Positions 53,421 through 64,000 of a stretch of DNA of 64,000 bases are shown piece after piece. The number at the start of each line of letters is the position of its first letter. Within the stretch, counting starts at the first letter, position 1. Made by a program: the position numbers and the translations under genes. A model generated the notes under the pieces. It was not told the DNA's origin. It saw nothing but the letters and a program-made list of their open reading frames with translations, and did no database searches. The stretch lies in the NCBI RefSeq assembly GCF_009914755.1, contig NC_060938.1. One strand, 5' to 3'. Source of the DNA: the human T2T-CHM13v2.0 reference genome, Homo sapiens.

Positions 53421-54319
53421 AGGCCCATTATTAAATGAAAATTAATTTGTATCTCATAATGGTCTAGTACACGTTTAGTTCCATAAAACATCATAAGACA
53501 AAATGACTTTAACAAATCCATGGTTTCAAAAAATGCACTTTATGCTTTAAAAAACTAAATGGGAGGCAAAGCCCAACAATCCCTCAAGAGAATCTTATGA
53601 AAAGGATTAGAACTCTCAGTTGGCAAACATACTTGTTGGCAACAGAAATCTCCTTAGATATCCTAAGGAGATATCCTGGTTACATCTAAATTCTTTCATG
53701 AATGTGTACAGTTCTCAGAAGTCAAAGTTGTGGTCAGAAGGCATGGATTACTGCCATAGACACTGGTTATAGTTACACAGACTTTTTTTTAAAGGCACAT
53801 TGAAATTCTGAGTTAACAGGTGAACATGAGAAAGAAAAAAGAAAATTCTTAAAACATCAATAGAGTAGGAAGGAAAGAAAAGCTGAAATCTCTAGGTTAA
53901 AAAAAATCATCACAGAAATTCACCAGTAAAATTTCTGAGAAATGAGAAAAATCCATTGGAAAAATCTGACAGGCATAATCAAAATAAAGAAAAAAAAGAT
54001 ACAATATCAAAAAGTTGAATCTAATTGGATATTGTCAGAATGTAATTAAGAATATGCTCACAACACTGTGCCTATAGTTAACAATACTGTATTCGACATG
54101 GAAAAATTTGTTAAGAGGACAGATCTCATGTTAAGTGTTCTTACTACAATTTTGTTTTTTAAAAGGGAATACACTTATACTCATAGAAATTTTGCTGTGT
54201 AGAAACAGAGAAGAAAAGTCAAGTCTTCGGCTATTCAGGAATACAAAATGTCCATCAAATTGTTATAATTAACTTTTATAAAGAAGCATTCATAATGTTC
54301 TTTAGGATTAGTAGCTCTT

Positions 54320-57048
<2,729 letters not shown>

Positions 57049-57226
57049 CTATACAGATCCTGCACATTTGGCATTACATTAATGCCAGTCTTTTCACAGC
57101 CTTTTCCCACTCTCTGTAGTACCAGTACATCTTCCTCAACATACCTCCTTTGTGTCAGCATGAACCTGGGTGCCCTGTATCTTCAGCACATGCTCCCAAA
57201 CTGTCTAGTGCCTTATTCTAATTCTT

Positions 57227-57435
57227 TACCTTCTCTAAATCTTTTTTTTTAACTTCTTAAATGCACAAATTTATTTTTTCTCAACAAACACACATCTTAA
57301 TGCCTTTACAACTTTTATCTCCCCAAATATACCTTGCTTTTCTTTATACATGCTGTATACAGAGTTGTTTTCCTTATATTTAGTAGTTATTGCTTTTTTG
57401 TGCCCTTTTGGGTCCTGTACCTTCTCTAAATCTTT
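57227..57435 (-). pseudogene. 5'-truncated retrocopy of an unidentified transcript 3' end (173-bp insert plus 18-bp TSDs)
   Basis: TACCTTCTCTAAATCTTT at 57227-57244 and 57418-57435; T-run 57242-57250; TTTATT 57270-57275. Confidence 0.75.
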
Positions 57436-58612
57436 CCTAATTAAAGTGTACACAGTCAGTTGCACCTATGTAGAATAAAGGAGACACAGCCTTCTTTAAA
57501 GAGAGAGCTCTAGACTGAGTCCTTTGGATCTGATAACTCTTCATGTTTGTTTATGAGAATTCCACTTAAAGAAGAATGAAGAAAATCCTTCCCCATCCCC
57601 TCTGAAGCCATAATACCAACTGCCCATATGACTTCATGTTGAAACCCAAATTCTTCTTTTTCTCTCAGGGAGCACCTTTTCCTTACTTCCCTTTCATTCT
57701 CTTTGAATCACATTACTTCCAGGTTCCCTGATTTAATTTCCTCTCCCATATTCATTTCAGTAAACATTTACTGAGTGTCGGAGACTGTGGTGGACACTGG
57801 GGATTCAAAAATTTACAAAAATTGCTCCTTCAATGAGTTCAATCAAACTGGAGAAATGCTTTAAGATCCAGCTCAAAACTCACCCATCCAACAAGATGTG
57901 CCTTTCTTACTGAGCCTATACTAAGCAGGTCACTCCTTTATTCTACATCTTCAGGGCCACTTTGCATATAATAAAATTTGTTCAGTATAATTACTGTTCA
58001 TTTGCTTTTCAAATGTCTTCTGGTTTCATTATACATCTGGACTTCTCAAATACATTGAAAGCTATCCTAGGGCAGGGCTTTCCATTATGTATGCCTCATA
58101 CAAACCAAAGAAGCTGGTGTAATCTGCACACCTGGTAAGTATCCAATAACACACTCTGATAAAACCTCTCTGACCTCATGGCCCACTGCTCGCCCTGGGG
58201 CACGGTGCTCCAATTCCAGGGACCTCTTTGCTACTCTTCCGTCAGCTAAGCAAGCTCGCTTCTGTACTGTGGCCTTTGCACAGATGCTTCTTTCTCCAGT
58301 GGCTGTCAGCTCCTTCAAATCTTTGCTCAGATGTCATTTTCCTTCCCAAGGAGGCTTCCTTACCCTGACCACCCTATTTAATAGTGTTATCGGCCCGCCC
58401 ACAGGGCACTCTCAACTCCCCATATAGGTCCTGCTCTATTTTTTTCCATAGCACTTGACACCTTCTAACATCGTACACAGTTCATTTGTTTATTATGTCT
58501 GTCTGACTGTTGCCCCCTACTAGACTGTAAGCTCCACAAGGACAGAGATGTTTGTATTTTATTCACTGATCTATCCCAGGCCCCTAGAGAGTACATGAAA
58601 CTCAAATGTTTA

Positions 58613-58969
<357 letters not shown>

Positions 58970-59479
58970 CTAAGTAAAAAGGAATGGAAAAAAGACAGTA
59001 AATCTCCTCTATCTCCATTCTATCTAATCAGTTCTGTTTCGTTTTTTTCCATTTCACCATAAAATATTTTACAGAGTAAACCATATGGAATATAAATGTA
59101 AAATGTCTCATTTTGTATTCTGTCATTCTACCTGTTAACAGCAGAAGTTATAATAATGTAAAAAACGTTTAATGGAGCGTTAGCATCCTCAAAGAATTTC
59201 AGCCATACCCCCTCACTGAGCACTCCACAAATCCCTTGACAGTAGGCAGGATATTTATGATTATCTTCATATTATAGGTGGGGAGACTCTCACCAAGGTA
59301 GTGACATGCCTACAGTTGCACAATAGTGTGTGGCACATTACAAGTAGCAAGTGGCATAGCTGCAACTAGAATTTACATCTTCTAACTTTAAGATTCATTC
59401 TAATTAACTGTGCTGCAAATAAATTTTACACATAAGACCAGAGATGAAGCCTTTAGACCCCCAAATTTTCATCTTCTGA

Positions 59480-59816
<337 letters not shown>

Positions 59817-60554
59817 TGTTTCCTTAAAATTCTTACCAGACAACAGTAACATATCTGTAATAGTATAAAATCGTATCTTTAATCCTATTTTGCTCATCTT
59901 CCCTAAAACACAAATAGATTAAAACACACGTTTCTGTCTGCAATTGCCAACTGACTAAATATTTGGGCAGGTTTTGACATTATGGTAAGTCAATCTTTGA
60001 AAAGATATCCAAACAACTGTTCTGTTATACAGAGCAAAGCAATAAATTTAAAAGATCTGCTTGGAAAGGGCTAAGAACTGTTTTAGAATCTTCTCAACCA
60101 TGAATACTCATGAATAGAAAAGGCTGCAGTAATTTTCATATATAGATTATAAAATCAGCAAGTTCATATTTTTAAAAGTCCAAGCATGATACATGACATA
60201 AGTTCTTATGACAAATTAACCAGACATACAGATAGCTAACAATGTCCTTAGAATCAGAATACTAACATATCCATCATTCATGGGAAGCTACTCTATATAA
60301 GTTGGCCACAAATAAGTCAAAATTAATACTCTTTATGTAGATAATTTCAAGTTGATCACAGAAAAACACTCAAGCTTAGATTAGCCTAGTGTGAGCACTG
60401 AAGAGCATCATTTATGTCATCGCTTAAGTTACAAAGAAGAAAGCAGACATTAAAGTGTGTTATATTTAAGTATGTTGGGAACTGATGAGCCAAGTCCCCT
60501 AACTTCCCCCTAGAAGTATCAATACATGCTTAATTTACATTTAGAAGATGAGAC

Positions 60555-62497
60555 TTCTTCTGGCCATGGAGTACTAGAGGCTGGATTTATCTTCCTGCTG
60601 TAAACAATAGGAAACTGGACAAAGTACATAAACAATGACTTTTAGACATTGAACCACGGGGAATGCCAGACTGTGCTGCCTGAAGGCAGGTTGCAGGCTG
60701 CTGCACAGGGAAGGAGGGCCCAGTCTTGCCAGCTGAGGACATCTGAGATTGGAGTGGAGAGTGGTCAGTTGAGATCAGAGCTGGGGAGGCTGCGGGGGCT
60801 AGAATTTGTTGGGCAGTGTACAGGAGCAGGGAGGTGGGGTGCGATGAGAGAGCTTTAGAGATCTGCTGAAGGGTCCCTTTGAACTTTGGGAAGGGTACTG
60901 ATTTCTATACGCATGAAAAGAAACTAGCAGAGGCTGGGGAAAAGATCCGTCAGAAAGCAATAGGCCAAACAATTCCTGCACTCACATGGAGCTGGGAATA
61001 GTTTGTATTTTTGTCCACCAAAATATAAAGATCTTATAATATGTGGGTTATCTAACAGAGTCCTCAGAAGGGGACTCTACTCCTATCACCTTAGTAGTGG
61101 AGATAAATGAACCCTAGACTAAAAATTGGTCTGAACCCACCCTAACCTTAAAAGCAAGCTTTGAAAGGATCCTACTGATTCCAAGAACAAAGTCCAACAT
61201 TACCTAAAGGAAAACAACAAGATATAGAAACTAGCAATGTAAAATTAATGTCCAACATATAATTTTAAAATTCCAGGCATTCAAAGAAACAGGAAAATAT
61301 GACGTACAACCAGGGGAAAAGTCAGTCAATAAAAACCGACCAAAAATAACGGAGTATTAGCAGATATGGATGTTAAAGGCCATTATAAATATGATCTATA
61401 TGTTCAAAAAGGTAGAAGAAACATGAGGAGAGAAAGGAAATATATGAAAAGGAACAAATGATTGCTAAGGCAACAATGCTGATGAATCTCAAAATATAAT
61501 GTTCATTGAAATAAGCCAGACATGAGACTGCACACTGTATGAATTCGTTTGTATGAAACTCTAAAAAGACATACTGTAATGACAGAAAACAGATTCATGG
61601 TTGCCAGAAAGTATGGGAAGGCGGCTGATAGCAAAGGGGCAGAAGGGAACTTCCAGGAGGGACGATGAAAATATTCTAACCTTGATTGTGGCATGGGATT
61701 ACAGGAGTGAGCCACCATGCTGCCCAGCCACCACCTTTAAAAAAAAATCACAAACCTTTTAGCTATCTAATCACAAATTAACTAGCCTCTGTTAAAAAAA
61801 AAAAAAAAAGTTTTTTCAAACTAAAAATGGAACTACCATACAATCCAGCAATCCCACTACTGCTGTTTATCCAAATAAAAGGAAATCAGTGTATCAAAGG
61901 GATGTGTGCACAGCTATGTTTACTACAGCACTATTCACAAGAGCCAAATACGGAATCATTCTAAGTATCAGCGGATGAATGGATAAAGAAAATGTGGCAG
62001 ATGCACACAACGGAATACTATCCAGCCATGAAAAGAATGAAATGCTGTCATTTGCACAAGATGGATGGGACTGAAGGTCATGATGTTAAGTGAAATGAGC
62101 CAGGCACGGAAAGACACGTATCGCATGTTCTGACTCATGTGGGAGCTAAAAAAGTTGATCTCATGGAGGTAGAGAGTAGAACAGTGGTTACCAGAGGCTG
62201 GGAATGGTAGGGAAAGGGGGATTGAAGAGAGGTTGGTTAATGGGTACAAACATATAGTTAGATAGGAGGAATAAATTATAGCTTTTGATAGCACAGGATG
62301 ACTACAGTTAACAATAGTTTACCGTGTATTTCAAAATAGCTAGAAGAGCTGAAATGTTCTAAACACACAGAAATGATAATGTTTGCGGTGACACATATCC
62401 AAAATACTCTGATTTGATCAGAATATTTGATACCGTATGCATGTATCAAAATATCATATGTACCCCATAAATATTATGTATCAATTTTTAAAAAAAG
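60555..62497 (+). mobile_element. L1M fragments incl. L1MA-type 3' end (~61820-62497)
   Basis: gaactaccatacaatccagcaatcccactactg...aatggataaagaaaatgtgg...aaaatatcatatgtaccccataaatat. Confidence 0.8.
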
Positions 62498-62499
62498 GA

Positions 62500-63329
<830 letters not shown>

Positions 63330-64000
63330 TCAAACTGCCAACATGCTACCATTTTTGACCTTAAAGCAGGAAATTTCTTATGGTTTAACTTACTAATTTC
63401 AAAGAGAATAACAGGAAAATAAAAGCAGTAAAATAAATGTAGACAAATCAGTAAGCCCTGGCATTTACACATGTTAGAAAATAGTTATCCTTTGCTCTTA
63501 AAGTGAAACTGAATCTTAACAGACAACATAGTTACCCACTTTGACTTGAGTATCATATAAAATAGCAGTTAATATTTATGCAAGAAGACCAATTGCTATT
63601 TAACGCCAGTGTAGTAGCTCAGTCCCAAGGATTTTTCACTGCAGAGTTTCAGCAAGTATCTGGTCTAATACAGACTTGAAACAAAGAAGAAAGTTTAGCA
63701 CTGTTTAAAAAAATACTGCTCTTAAGAAGTTTTTATCTTTGGCTCCGAAAGAACACAGATGGAAATATAAAGAGGTCAGAATTCTTTCCTACTTTTCAAA
63801 CATAAATCTTTACTTTTAAGGGTGATAAAAAGCATAAAAGCAATTTGGAGGAGAAAAATCTGTACTGACTCTTGAATTTTACAAATAAACTTAACTGTGT
63901 GGCTGTCCTTTTGGACTTCAATATGGTTTGTTAGAATAAAACTATTTTTAGGAACTCTACTGTAAAAAAATCTACAGCTTGGCATGGAAGAGACAGAGAA

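Overview
Human/primate genomic DNA, recognisable from the encoded peptides as the AHSA1-ISM2-SPTLC2 region (14q24.3). It holds the last six coding exons of AHSA1 (+; 24-6621), the complete 7-exon ISM2 gene (-; ATG 36178, stop 12980; exons sum to 1716 nt = 571 aa) with its CpG-island promoter, and the last three coding exons plus a ~6.3-kb 3'UTR of SPTLC2 (-). The rest is very Alu-dense, with L1/L2/MIR fragments, MITEs (MER20 x2, MER5, MER91A, MADE2, MER33) and an ERVL-type LTR. No prokaryote-type system is present and nearly all ORF-track entries are Alu or GC-rich artefacts. Best second-look items: (1) a 354-bp tandem duplication that created ISM2 exons 2/3 and a chimeric intron; (2) a 31-bp copy of ISM2 CpG-island sequence inside an upstream Alu, part of a cluster of four identical GCGCACCTGG E-box words; (3) an orphan 173-bp retrocopy (18-bp TSD, AATAAA, A-tail) in sense in a SPTLC2 intron; (4) a SNORA46-like relic in an AHSA1 intron; (5) a (GGAA)12 microsatellite and an in-frame cryptic exon pair in ISM2 intron 1; (6) phase compatibility for an in-frame SPTLC2-ISM2 read-through. 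Repeat family names come from recalled consensus sequences, not a search; repeat boundaries are approximate.
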